From Chrysomallon squamiferum (taxonomy: Eukaryota; Animalia; Mollusca): a stretch of DNA of 64,000 bases. The notes below the pieces were generated by a model, which made no database searches, was not told the origin of the DNA, and saw only the letters and a program-made list of their open reading frames with translations. Shown here piece after piece: positions 24,304-37,348 of this stretch. The stretch covers positions 6,138,001-6,202,000 of the forward strand of contig CM022679.1 in NCBI GenBank assembly GCA_012295275.1. Reading direction: 5' to 3'. A program made the translations under genes and the position numbers. The stretch's first letter is position 1. Each line of letters opens with the position of its first letter.

Positions 24304-25769
24304 TAGTACTTTTAGTAGTATTAGTTTTGTAAATGCAGAAATATTCAAGTGATGACATTATCTAAACTGACACCGTTAATAATATTATTAATGATTTGTT
24401 TAATTTTTTAATTTTTAATTTATTTGTTTAATTTTATTTGTTATTATTATTTTTAAAAAATTAACCCAATGAATGAATCTTAAAAAACAACAACAAAAGA
24501 ACAATCTACATCTGCTTTGTATATATTAAATCTACTACTAGTAAATAAAAACAATAATGAAAACTACTACTATATAACAGATATAACTATATGTTTATTG
24601 TTTTTATTATTATTATATTTTGCAAAGTAATAGGATGATAACCAAAAAACATAATCCTTCCTTAGACTGGGGAGGGGTCCGGAAAAGGGACGTTTTGACA
24701 TTGTCGTGTTTATCACATTCGGGCCGACGTCACCCTCTTTTTGTCATCCTTATATAGCCACAGCTATGACGTAAAAGAAGTCACCTTCCCTTCATGAACA
24801 CTGTGAAGTTGTGATTTTTCGTGTAAAACTTTTCGAGTTGAAATGTTCTGAAATGATACCATTCTCTCATTTATATAAATATGTATTTCTGATGTAATTC
24901 TCATTATATATGTCAATAATAAAATATTTATATGATAATGATTATGTGAAAACCTTCTGAATATTCTTCAAAGAAACGTAAATTAGATTAGAATTTACAA
25001 ATGTTTGCCTTCTTTTAATTCTGTTTACTTCTGACCATGCTTTCTAGTTATTCAGTTACGACTAAGTAATAAACTGTACAAAAATGTGCAATATTCAGTG
25101 CAAATATTTATTTAAAAATAATAAAAAACAATCATAAAACAAATTTAAAAAATAATAATAATAATAATAATAACAAAAAAGAAATAATAAAAAGAAAATT
25201 TTGAAAAAAAAATGCAGTATACTATGCATATATTCATTTAAGAATAATAATTAATAATTCTAGAAAAACAAAAAGAAAAAAATGAATTACCTTTATGTTT
25301 AAAATGTACACGGTTTCGTATTTCTTGTAAAGTCAGCGAACTTAGTGTCTGATATAATCATTTAGAAAATTCAACACATTTACGCTTTGTTTATTAGCAA
25401 ATTAAAGCCAGTCGATTTCTTCCTTCTTTTTTTTTTTTTTTTAAATTTATTTCTTAAATTAGTTATTTTTATTTAATTATAACATTCCTATAATTTTAAA
25501 ATGTTTTAATTTAATTTTATTATTATAATTATTTTATCTAAAACGTTTTAGTTTCCTTCTTTTTCTTTCTTTTTTTGTTGTGATTCTGTTTTCTCTATAT
25601 GATTTGTTATTTAATAAGCTTAAAAAAAATAAAAGATGAACTTTCTTGTGTGCGTTAGCCTACATTCTCATGCATATTCATACAAACATAAATTCATAAA
25701 GAAATATCGATGTAAATTGTATATATGCCTGCGACCTGTGCATGTAAGAACAAAGTGGCTGTGAGATGT

Positions 25770-25859
25770 AAACATACATACAAGCATACATATATACATA
25801 AACATGCATATATATATTTACATAAAAATACACACACATATATATATATATATATATGG

Positions 25860-25899
<40 letters not shown>

Positions 25900-26190
25900 T
25901 TACATACATACATACAAACATATATACCGGCACATACGTATAAAAACACACACTACACACACACACACCTTCATATATACATACATGCATATACATATAC
26001 ACAATCATATTCATACATATAAAAATACATACACAGAACAGTTTCAAATATATAATCAAGCAAATAAGTGTATAGCTTTTTTAGAATGAAATTAAAGGAG
26101 ACAGACGCACACACGCACACACACACACACAAGACACATCACATACGAACATACCACATGCCACACACAATATGCAAGACACACATATAT
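25770..26190. repeat. (CA)n/(TA)n/(CATA)n low-complexity field
   Basis: Directly visible; source of several spurious His/Thr/Tyr ORFs. Confidence 0.9.
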
Positions 26191-26413
26191 ACGGTGACAA
26201 CTGTTAAATTTATAACAATGATTTACCACCATCTGCAGCAGTTAGAGTGTTTGTTTTTGTGTGGGGGGTTGTCTTTTTGCTTGTTTGTTCGTTTGTTGTT
26301 GTATTTTTTGTGTCTGTTTTTTGTTTGTTTTTTTATATTTAAATAATTTACGACGGATGATACCTGTATGTTATGTTATTAAAAAATTACAGTGTAAAGA
26401 GCACATACTGGTA

Positions 26414-26448
<35 letters not shown>

Positions 26449-27941
26449 AATGATGACGATGTGTATCTGTGTGTTTTGTATAAAATTTCTAACACTGAGT
26501 AAACATATATATCAGAAATATGTTCAGTATGCCATGAATGCGGTCAAAAGTCAAATATCACGTGACCACATTCCGGTCAGTTATTATGTATCAGGTAACA
26601 TCTGTCAAAGGTCTTCCGGGTACCTGTATGATGTCATGCATATATATATCTATATATCTTGTATATTAAAGTTTTGATGGTTGTCATTGAAACCACTTTG
26701 TAGATATCTTTAGTGTCAGTATATATTGAGTAAAGTAATTCTGTATAGTTAATGCTTACATTATAAAAATTTCCTTAAATTTTCCATATATATATTTACT
26801 AGATGTCTCTATCTCTCTGTCTCTTTGTCTTCCCCAATTGTTTCTGTTTTTCCGAATTCCTACATTTCAACAGATTTTGAAAAACAAAACAACACGTTTC
26901 TTACCAAACAAATCTTTGTCTGGATAGCATCTCAACACGAACTGTAAATCACACGGTTTCAAAATTATCTTGAGACATTTCTGTCGACATAAATCTGCCT
27001 ACAATCGATATCATATTGATAATCGATAACAAAAGCTCAAGGCAGCGGATTTTTTTTCAAATCACACACACATATATATAGATATATATTTTGTAGTAAT
27101 AAACATTTTGACACCTAATAATCGTTAAAACTAAAATTCTTTCAGACACACCATAAGCCATGCCTTTTCTGTTAACAATGCTAGAATCAAACTTAGGTTG
27201 TGAAAATTGCTTTGTGTGTGGTACATTAATAACTAAACACAATCGGATGTACATGTGCCGCTGTGTTCAACCAAATGCTTTCACCTGTGCTGCCAGAGCG
27301 TGTCTGTACAAAACTTGTTTACGATATTGTCGCATGCATAGACCCCCTGATGTGGAAGGTCGAATGCAGTTTCTTTAATATACCTGTATTCAAAAGAAAA
27401 CTTTCATTGCGGTACTAGACTGGTTTCCAGTCCTCGGGGTTACGTTTAGTGTCAAAATCAAATAAAATATGAAAAAAACAAAAGAAGGAAGAAATCCCGC
27501 TAGTTTATTATTCAGCTATTTATTTTTAATTCTCCGATTTTTGAGTCTTCATTTCACTGTTGTGGGATTTATTCTGAAGTATGTGCCTCAGGCAAGTGGT
27601 TCGATACACATGAATTCATGTATGAAATAATGAAGACAGTAATGAAGAGTGATGACTGAACAATTTTAGAATCTATTTCTTAATGAATCTGTTTGATATA
27701 TATATATGGAGGAAGCGAGAGAAAGGACAATTTATTATTATTATTATTATTTATTTTATTATTGTTATTATTATTTGCATAAATACATCGTCTTTAAAAT
27801 TAATTCTCAAATATGAATCGATGAAGTGTGTGCGAGTGTGTGTATTTTTGTGTGTTTCTGACAATGCAGATAGTGAATCATTCTATGTACAATTCTCTCT
27901 CTCTAAAAAAAAAAAAAAAAAAAAAAAGACATAAAAAAAAA

Positions 27942-27981
<40 letters not shown>

Positions 27982-28546
27982 GATTTTAGGAGACAAAACA
28001 ATCGCTTAATTTAACGTACAGACGTTATAATCTATATTTCTGTCATTACGTCTTGGTCAGACAATATCAAGTTTCGGCACCTCTGAGTTTAATGACTGTA
28101 TAACGATGAGACAAACGAATAGCCTTATTATTATTAATGTCATTACTCTAGTCTAGGATTTTTTACGAGCACCGTTTCACAACGAATACAAAACAATGTT
28201 CCATAAAAAGGCTAATAAAAATGACACTGATTGTGTCCCGTTGTTCACGGAGACGTTATCTGACTGTAAAGGGACATAACTGATGAGTTGCTCAGTTAAT
28301 CGACACGTGCTGGCATAATTCTTTACGAATATCAGTCACACTATCTCATCGTTAAAGAAAGGAAAACATATATAGTCCTATTAGGGAAAGATTAGATGAA
28401 AAAAAAAATTAGGAAAAACAAAAACAACAATAACAACCACAACAATAATATTAATATAAAAAAAACCCTCAAATTATATATATTTTAAGAATATTTATTG
28501 TGGTACATGTTTTCGTTAGTTTATAACATTTTAAAAGTTTCCTATT

Positions 28547-28577
<31 letters not shown>

Positions 28578-29703
28578 TTATTATTTTATTATTCTTGTGC
28601 AGAGATGGACATTACAGGTGATGATCGTATTGTTGTCATGTAAATAGATATTATTATTAACATATATTTTATTTAACTGGTTTACTGGTGTCTACAAAAT
28701 TTCGCTGACTGATTACCTTTAAAATAAGAGACCTCATAAATATTAATCTTCTTCGGGCCAACAATACAGAAAAGCTTGAGCTATAGACTAATTTTATGAC
28801 TCATATAAGATCATTTCGTCGGCTTGTTAATACGAGAACACTATGTTTAAAAAGAAAACGAATTAAATGTCGGCTTCTGAACCTTCGACTGATACTATAC
28901 AGAGCTGTCAGTATTAAATTCACGCTCTTGAAAATGTCACCATACGAGTGATATTATATTCCATTTAAGTAGTCTTTCATACATTATAATCCCATGGGTA
29001 AACACACAGTACACTTCATAGTAAGCCGACAATGAATTTGAAAAGAAGTTTCTTGTAAGCAAAATGAGATTTATTTTATATCTGTGTTAATTGCCCCGAG
29101 CGTGTGCAATTGTCACACGCCTTTGATGACGTCGATAAAGAAGTAAAAAAAAAAAAAAAAAAAAAGGAAGGGTTAATAAATAGAAGTTCAGGTATGCTAA
29201 TGTAAATACTAGTATAATTATTCATTGAAGAAAATCATACTGGTATGCAGTCGGGTGACTGGGTACAGGCTGTGAAAGTCTGTTTTATATTGATTCGTTT
29301 ATATTTAAATATATATATATATATATATATATAAAAGAATGACAGAGAATACATTTTATATATACGAAAATTGAAGTAATATTTTAGAATATATCATAAT
29401 TTTTGTGTATATTGTATACATTGTGTACGTATGTATGTATGTGTATGTTATATGTATAACGACAATGATGCAGCTACATTTTAATATTTTTATGTCAGAT
29501 GAATATTCAGAAACGCTTGTCGTGGCCGCAGTTTTCTCAGTACAAGTCTTGGCTGTATTTACAACCTACGTGTATGTTTTCTGTAGACTATGCTACCATT
29601 TTATGGATCCTCGGAAAATATTGACGTGTTTCTGAAGAAAAGGCCCGTTTATCACCTTGTTGCGATATCTTGGCGGTTTGCTGGTTCTTTAGAAAGTAGT
29701 ATC

Positions 29704-30129
29704 TCACGTTAAACCGACATAATCCACTATGTACCCCGACTGGACAGGCATGGCTAAATTCCATTGGTCAGAGATATTGCATTGACCATGAATGGCCGTG
29801 ATCATATACGCATGTACTGGATTTAACACCTGTTCAGGTATAAATAAATACGTGACATGTAAGTGATGAATACAACACATGTGGGTAGAGTGTTTGTATT
29901 CATTATGAAGAACTGACAAAACATAAGGAAAATTAAATTTTTCTGTATGTTTTGGGTGTTCAGTGATTTCAGAAACTGAACTTAATATTGGCTGACGACC
30001 TTGAGCGTGACAAAAAAAAATAGGTTTTAGCCTAGACTTTTTAAGCAGACTGGCTTCTTATATACATACTTTAACATAAAGGAATAGGTCTTTTTCTTTA
30101 ATCTGTTTTATTTATTTAGGGAACTTTTG

Positions 30130-30166
<37 letters not shown>

Positions 30167-30175
30167 TATTTATTT

Positions 30176-30210
<35 letters not shown>

Positions 30211-30215
30211 TATAT

Positions 30216-30246
<31 letters not shown>

Positions 30247-30723
30247 TATATTTATTTATTAATATATTTTTATTTTTATTTTTTACGAGTTTGTTCTTTT
30301 CTTTTAAATCAGTTTAATGGCAGAAGAAAATTAAAATAAATAAATAAATAACCGTAACGTGCCTAAAAACAAAACAAAAAAACTTAGGTATCTTGTGAAT
30401 TTGGTCATATTAGTATTAAGATTCAGAACTCTAGAAGTTTCTAAATTGTTATATTGGTCTTTTTCAGAAATGAATATTCTGCATTGTTTACTAAAAAGAT
30501 GAACCTCGTGGAAAAGTTATCACGAAGTACTTTTACTGCTTTTCAAAGAATACAACAGTGAGAATCGCCATTCAGCAGACGGACGTGTATGATCCTGTCT
30601 GCATCTAGTAACTAGATTAAACGCACATTTAATAGAAAGATTTTCCGCATTTGAATAGAATGAACAATAAACGTGAAATAACAATAAGGTCTCTGCATAT
30701 ACAGACATAAAAAAGAAAGAAAG

Positions 30724-30761
<38 letters not shown>

Positions 30762-31033
30762 AATAGATCCGCGGAAGTAAACCTTTGATGATTAGTCTGT
30801 TGAAATATTTATTTAAAAGTAAACACCATACAAAACCAATGTTATTGTAGAACAGTTCTATACTTAGGTCAAAGTCCTTGAAAATACTTTAAATACATAA
30901 ACTGTAGGCCTATTTGGGTATGCATATTCTGTGTTTATATATCCTGAATGTATGCGTGCGTGTGTGTGTTTGTATGTAGACTGTACCTATGTCAGGCAGC
31001 CAACTTACTTATCCATGCACAGATGACAGGCAT
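29704..31033 (-). CDS. Candidate orphan small secreted protein: exons 31033-31009 + 30692-30520 (65 aa), or 31033-31009 + 30692-30537 + 29912-29704 (~129 aa)
   Basis: AAACATG start, A|GTAAGT donor, and a long polypyrimidine tract plus TGCAG acceptor give the in-frame MPVICAWIKTLLLFHVYCSFYSNAENLSIKC.... A second strong acceptor (TTCCTTATGTTTTGTCAG) opens another frame-compatible ORF via a weak GTAAAA donor. No homology recognised. Confidence 0.3.
30131..30285. repeat. (TAT)n-(TTTA)n microsatellite
   Basis: Directly visible. Confidence 0.95.
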
Positions 31034-31075
31034 GTTTAATTTTATATGGATAGATATTTATCTATAAATATAAGG

Positions 31076-31594
31076 TTCCATGAATATGCAAGTAAGCTCT
31101 AAAACAGGACGCTAACGAAAAATGTCGTTGGATATAAAACTTCCGCTCTAAGTCCATAATAGTATTTCGGTCCACTAGATGTACTGTTAACAGTTTGGAT
31201 TGGCAAAATATATAGAGAGTTTCTATGATAAAAATATAGTTCAGTTTGAATTGTGTATCTCTCAAGAAAATAATTAATATATTAAAATTATTATGAGGAA
31301 AAGAAATTTTGGAAATGAACAAGCGAAATTTGATTTACCATTATTTTTACGACGACGAGTCATTTACAATAGCCTCTGTTGATTGAAACTAACTTCGTAC
31401 GTTACAAGGGAGATTACCAGTGTTTGTCCTAAAATAAAATGGTTATGGTTATGGTCAATATATTTTTAAGCACTGTTGTGTACTGTGAGTTGGTCAGTAT
31501 AAAATATTTCTTCTGCATAAATAAAAATATTGAAATCGCAATGACGTTTTCCCTTCTAAAAATGCAATGGTATTTCTTAAAAACAACAACAACA

Positions 31595-31638
<44 letters not shown>

Positions 31639-33437
31639 GCCTTTTTTTGTATGTTTATATATATATTAATTAGAAGTAATAATTAATGTAATATTTAAAT
31701 ACTAATGCAAAATACAGTTAATTACTGAACAAAAACTTCGGTTTAAAATCAACATCTATCCAACAAGTATTCAGAATGTATTAATATGCAGGATCAACTT
31801 TATATCCACATTTAATTACAGAAATGCAGGTAATTTATTTTTGATAAATAGACAGTTTATAAAATTGAGCACTATATCCCTGCAACTGAACCCAACACTG
31901 ATTTCAATAAGCACATCATTTTCTTCATCACAATGTTCAGCGATGCTTCTTAAGTACCATTCTTTGTCATATATATCTGGACTAAAATTGGTCCATGATA
32001 ATAATTCAGTAATACTCGTCTGAGAAACTAAATCCATCTATCCATCTGTCTATCTATATATACATACATCCATGTCTTTAATGTACCTTGCACTGTTAAA
32101 AGTTCAAATAAAACAAATATTATATGGAAATTAAAAAAATAAATATATTAGTATATATTATGGTATATGTTTATTAATAATTTCCGCATCTGTAAAATGA
32201 GATTATTAGTTTTAAAAATATTAAATGTAAATTAATGAATTTCAAATACCCGGTTCTAAATTGCTCCAGTCTAAAAGAGCTTCCGCAAAATCGATCATGA
32301 ACAATTATATATACATAATTAAAATTATACAATATATAACACTATTATATGTTCATTATAAAATATAGATAAAATAAAGTACGATTATATATTTATAATA
32401 AAATACTGGTAATATAAAAATTATTAATTAAATGCAAATAAAATATAGTACAATTATATATTCGTAATAAGATATATATATATATATATATATATATACT
32501 ATTTTAAAATAAAACAGTTATATATTTATAAGAAAATAAGAAAAATATAACAGATATGTATTAGTAATAAAATAAGATAAAATATAACAGTTCTATATTA
32601 AAATAATAGTTATATATACATAATAAAATAAGGTAAAATATAAGTTATTTATGTACTCATAATAGAATAAGATAAAACATAAAGGTTGTTTATTCATAAT
32701 AAAATAAGGTAAAACATAGTTCAGTTATTTGTTCGTAATAAATGTCAGTCAATATATTCATAATGCATATCGGTCTCTTCTAAAATATATCATGGTGTTG
32801 GAAAATGCTAATATAATAGACATATTAAATCCTAAAACCAAAGCCATTTGGCGATCATAGGTTATATGTATTATTATTATTATTATTATTACGTTTTTGT
32901 TTTAAGAGACTACCATTCCATTTTCAGAAGGGAAAACTGTGCAATCAATATTTTAATCTATGTAAATTCATATTTCTGTTAGCAACGAGAAATATTTTAC
33001 ATTCACCAGTTCACAGTTCACATCAGTGCCTTTGTTATACTATATGTCTAGTTTTTTTTTTTTTTTTTTTTTAATTTATTTTAGGGTAAGCACTGGTAAT
33101 CTCCCTTGTAACGTAGGAAGTCAATGTCAATCAACAGATGGCGTTGTAAATGACTCGTCATCGAAAAAATAGTGTTAAATCAATTTTCATTGGTTCATTT
33201 CCAACATTTCTTTTCTTTTAATAATTTTAATCAGTCAATAATTTTTTGAAGAGATACACATTTCAAATCGAATTATATTTTTAATATACAAACTCTATAT
33301 TTATTTTGCCAATCGAAACTGTTAACAAAATATCTAGTGGACAGAAATACAATTATGGATTTAAAGCGAAAGTTTTATATCCAATCACATGTTTCGTAGC
33401 TTCCTGTTTTAGGGCTTATACCAAAATAAAAATGGAA
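31076..33437. repeat. Long imperfect inverted repeat: arms ~31076-31636 and ~32869-33437 (right arm = DNAJB12 promoter/5'UTR to start codon), spacer ~1.23 kb
   Basis: Colinear reverse-complement similarity along the arms, including an identical 25-mer (31398-31422 = rc of 33091-33115), TTGTAAATGACTCGTC, TTTTGCCAATC.AAACTGTTAACA, CCTGTTTTAG.GCTTA and GTTTTCCCTTCT.AAAATG.AATGGTA. Confidence 0.92.
32355..32742. repeat. Degenerate AT-rich ~37-bp minisatellite in the inverted-repeat spacer
   Basis: Recurrent AATAAAATAAG(G/A)TAAAA(T/C)ATA.CAGTTAT units. Confidence 0.7.
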
Positions 33438-36400
33438 GGAAATAAAGATGAAAGCGAACGCTGTATTTTGATAGCACGGAAATGTATAAATACTGGAGAT
33501 ATCGAAAAAGCCGTCCGATTTTTACAGAAGGCTCAAAGGCTTTATCCAACAGAAGAAGCTAAAGGTAATAGTCTTTGTATGCCCCAAAAGCTGCCCGTGT
33601 TTATTCTTGAATGAGGGTGCGTCTTGCTTTTCTCACTTCTTCGTCCATTGGAACCATTCATGTCATGACGTATTTGTAGTGGCAGCTTTACATTTACTTC
33701 CAAAAATGTTTTAATATATATATATATGCTAGAAAGAAAACCGAGAATGCTGACTTTACAAATTAGCATACTCAGTATGATACTCATCATACGGTATCAC
33801 TATCACTGTATCAGTGTACAGTAATTAGTATACAATAGTCTCAGTCTGTAGAGAAAAAACGTTTCTTAACAACAACATTAAATAATAAAATTCTAATAGT
33901 AATACTGTTGGTATTAATATTAGTAATTTTTATAAACGTTTTCATGATTATCAATGTTCTGCTTAAGTCACCGTAATTTTCATTTCATTATTCATACTGG
34001 GAGAAGTTGCCCGACATTTTACATGGAACTAGAAACTAAGTGTAAGAAAGGATGGATGGTGTTTAGAATGATGTATTATTGAAGGTATATATATATATAT
34101 CATTCTAAACAGCATCCATACCTTCTTACTCTTAGTTTCTGGATTTATGGTTATTATCAAAAGCCAGTAAGAGAAAAGCTACTAATGTGTAAACATATAC
34201 ATACATATATATATAAACACACACATGGAACTAGAAACTAAGAGTAAGAAAGGATGGTTGCTGTTCAGAATGATATATATATATATATATATATATACCT
34301 TCAATAATATGTCATTCTAAACACCATCCATCCTTTCTTACTCTTAGTTTCTGGTTCCATGTGTGTATATATATATATATATATGTTTACACATTAGTAG
34401 CTTTTCTCTTACTGGTTTTTGATAATAACCATAAATCCAGAAGCCATGACTATCAAGTGAATTAAATGATGTACATACAAATAACGCGAGTTGTAATATG
34501 AAAACACATTTATTTCTACTAGTAAATACAGAATTCGTGGCAAAGAATTATTTCTCATCAATCCGTTCTTGTTGCACGTAAAGTGTATGGCAGCTTTGCC
34601 TAGAATCAAAGCACTCCTGTGTAGTAAAGAAATAATTTATTATCTCTACACTATGGATTAAATTAACATTAAAGAGGCACACATTTATTTACTTACACAC
34701 ATTATAGTATTATAAGATAGGTATTCATAGTTAATAATAAGGAACATTTCGCATCATGAATTGCCATGTAAGTTACTGAGATCACTAAACAGTTGTAAAC
34801 TGATCTATACAATTTTTATATCCATATTTTTCACAGTAATAAATTTTGAAAGTTGTTCTTAATTGTTAAGGACATATTAAACCGTTTTATTGGAAATGAA
34901 TGCCCAAGTTCCATTTCTTGTAATTTCTTTTCTCTCTTATTATTATCTTGTCCATTATGTTGCTTTCTTTTACTGCAAAAACATAGAAAATATATACTAG
35001 ATAATATTACAAAACAAATATTTATTCATTCTGATTTTATTAATGTTTTTAATTCCTCTTAAGTTTATACAGAACATTCTTTAATTGTGTTAATTGTTGC
35101 CCTCAGAGTTGATGACACAGTTGCAAAACAGGAATGCAAATTCAGACCCAAGCAATGGTATGAAAGATTCTGAAGGAATGAGGAAGAGGAAAGGAAGTTT
35201 TGGTAGAGAAAGTAAATTTCCTGATAAAGAAAACAAACCAAATTCTGTTAATTACACACAAGAACAGGTTGATCAAGTGAAAAGGTCAGTGGTAATAAAA
35301 TTATAATAAACTGAAATCTTAATTTGTATAAAACTTAAGTAAGTTAAAGATTATTAACTAATTTTGACTTGTAAATTCAAGATGACTTAAATATCTTATT
35401 TTTGGTGTCTTCTGTTCAGACTGCAATTTTGTTACCTGATAGTATGTTACTTTGCTTTTATAAGATAAGCATTCCCATGTTCCCAGCAACCTACCTCTAA
35501 ACCAAAAATGATTTATAAATTGAGAAAAAGAAAAATTATATGACTTCAAGACTCCAACTATATCTTACAGAGGGATTTTAGTAAAAAGTACCCTTGTTCT
35601 TTAATGTCATAAATTAAAAAAAACAATTCATTATTCTTTTCTTTTTTTTGTTACCATTAAACATCTTTTTATTGTTTTATTTTTTTGTTTTAAAGAATAT
35701 TAAAATGTAAGGATTTCTATGCCATCTTGAGTGTGTCAAAGGATGCCACAGAAATCGAGTTGAAGAAAGCCTACAGAAAATTGGCTTTGCAGATGCACCC
35801 AGATAAAAACAAAGCGCCAGGTGCAACAGAAGCATTCAAAGGTAAACCATTACACTGAAGAAATATTAGGCTACATACAAGTATTCTTTGTTAGAAATAG
35901 ACTTAGCTTGTGCACCAATACAGACTAAATATTTAACAAATCAAAAAATAAATTTGATAAATTTAAAAAAAGAAAGAAAAAAGTTAATTTAATTTTCATA
36001 GACACAGACTGCACAACAAGTCCCAGTTGTAACATTATCACAGTTGGAATATTGTCTGTATATAATAATAATAAAAAAATAAATACACCATAAAACAGTA
36101 CTAAACAATCATATTTGACACTAAATGTCTACAGACTAAAAAATTGACTAAATTCTAAACTGTAGCAAGTATTACTTGTACATTTTAACTGCTTTCATAC
36201 ATGACAGAAGTTTTTGTAATTTTATTTTTCAGCTGTTGGAAATGCCTTTGCAGTTTTGAGTGATTCTTCAAAAAGGAAAAGATATGATACGTATGGTCCA
36301 GAAATGGAGGCTCCTTCAAGAAGAATGCAGAGAGATGATTATTCACATGGTTTTGAAGGTATGGTTTGAAAATAGTACTGATTATAGTCTTATTTTTCAG

Positions 36401-37310
36401 TGTTCAGTGTTATATTAGTTTGGTATTTGTATAGATTATTTATAAAAAAAAAACATGTTTATAAATCAAAATAGTAGTATTCAGCTTTATGAATATTTTA
36501 AATTGCTGTATTACAGGTATTCATTTTATTTTTGACATGTTACATTTTAATTTTATTGAACATAAGTATCAGAATTTCATCTGCTTTATGAAAAACCAAA
36601 GAAGTATAAATTGGTTCCAGTTTATTTATAAATATAATAATTAATATTGATCTTTACAGAATAATTTTGGTTTTAAAAAAATCTAAATTTAATGTGCAGA
36701 TTTCAAGTATATTTTAATAGAAACAGGCTTAAGTTAGGAACATGGAAGGGATAGGTAATTTATTTTCTGTTTTTAGGTGATATATCACCAGAGGAACTGT
36801 TCAACATGTTCTTTGGTGGAGGCTTTCCTTCAAGTAAGTGACTTCCTATAAATGATTTGTTCATATTCGTCATCCACAGTTATAATTAATAGAGACAGAC
36901 ATCTGCTTTGCGTGTACTGCAGTATGATCAGAGTATCCGGATAGATATTTCATTTTTGCGTCATTGTTTAAAAATTAAATCTTTTACTGACAATTAATAA
37001 TGCAAAAGAAATATATTATTTTTTTTTTTCTTATTTAAATATAATAATTTCTCTTGCACCTGTGGAAAGGATACATTATTTTACAGGGTCACTCTTTCTT
37101 ATAAAATGTTTGTTGTTCATAAAGAGTCATGTTGTTCTTTCTCATTTTAAAAACATAAAATTATACACATACGTTATTTTAATTACTCTTTTTTCATTAA
37201 TTTATTAATTTGTTTGTTCTTGATCTTTCAGATGGAACAACAAGATATCAACATCGCAGTCACACAACACATCATCATTTCTACAGAGAATCCCAACCAG
37301 AGGTCGGGTT

Positions 37311-37348
<38 letters not shown>

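Noticed and set aside
24661-25030. Possible TIR pair (ACTGGGGAGGGGTCCGGAA / TTCTGACCATGCTTTCTAGT)
   Set aside because: Too many mismatches and no TSD.
25678-26677. Cluster of overlapping 71-138 aa ORFs
   Set aside because: Translations of (CA)n, (TA)n and (GAT)n microsatellites.
30708-30759. Poly(A) run as a retroelement tail
   Set aside because: No recognisable element body or TSD upstream; equally explained as a minus-strand polypyrimidine tract or simple homopolymer.
33306-33431. N-terminal extension of DNAJB12 suggested by the ORF track
   Set aside because: Starts at TTG and covers CCAAT-containing promoter sequence; the family N-terminus begins at MEGNKDE (33432).
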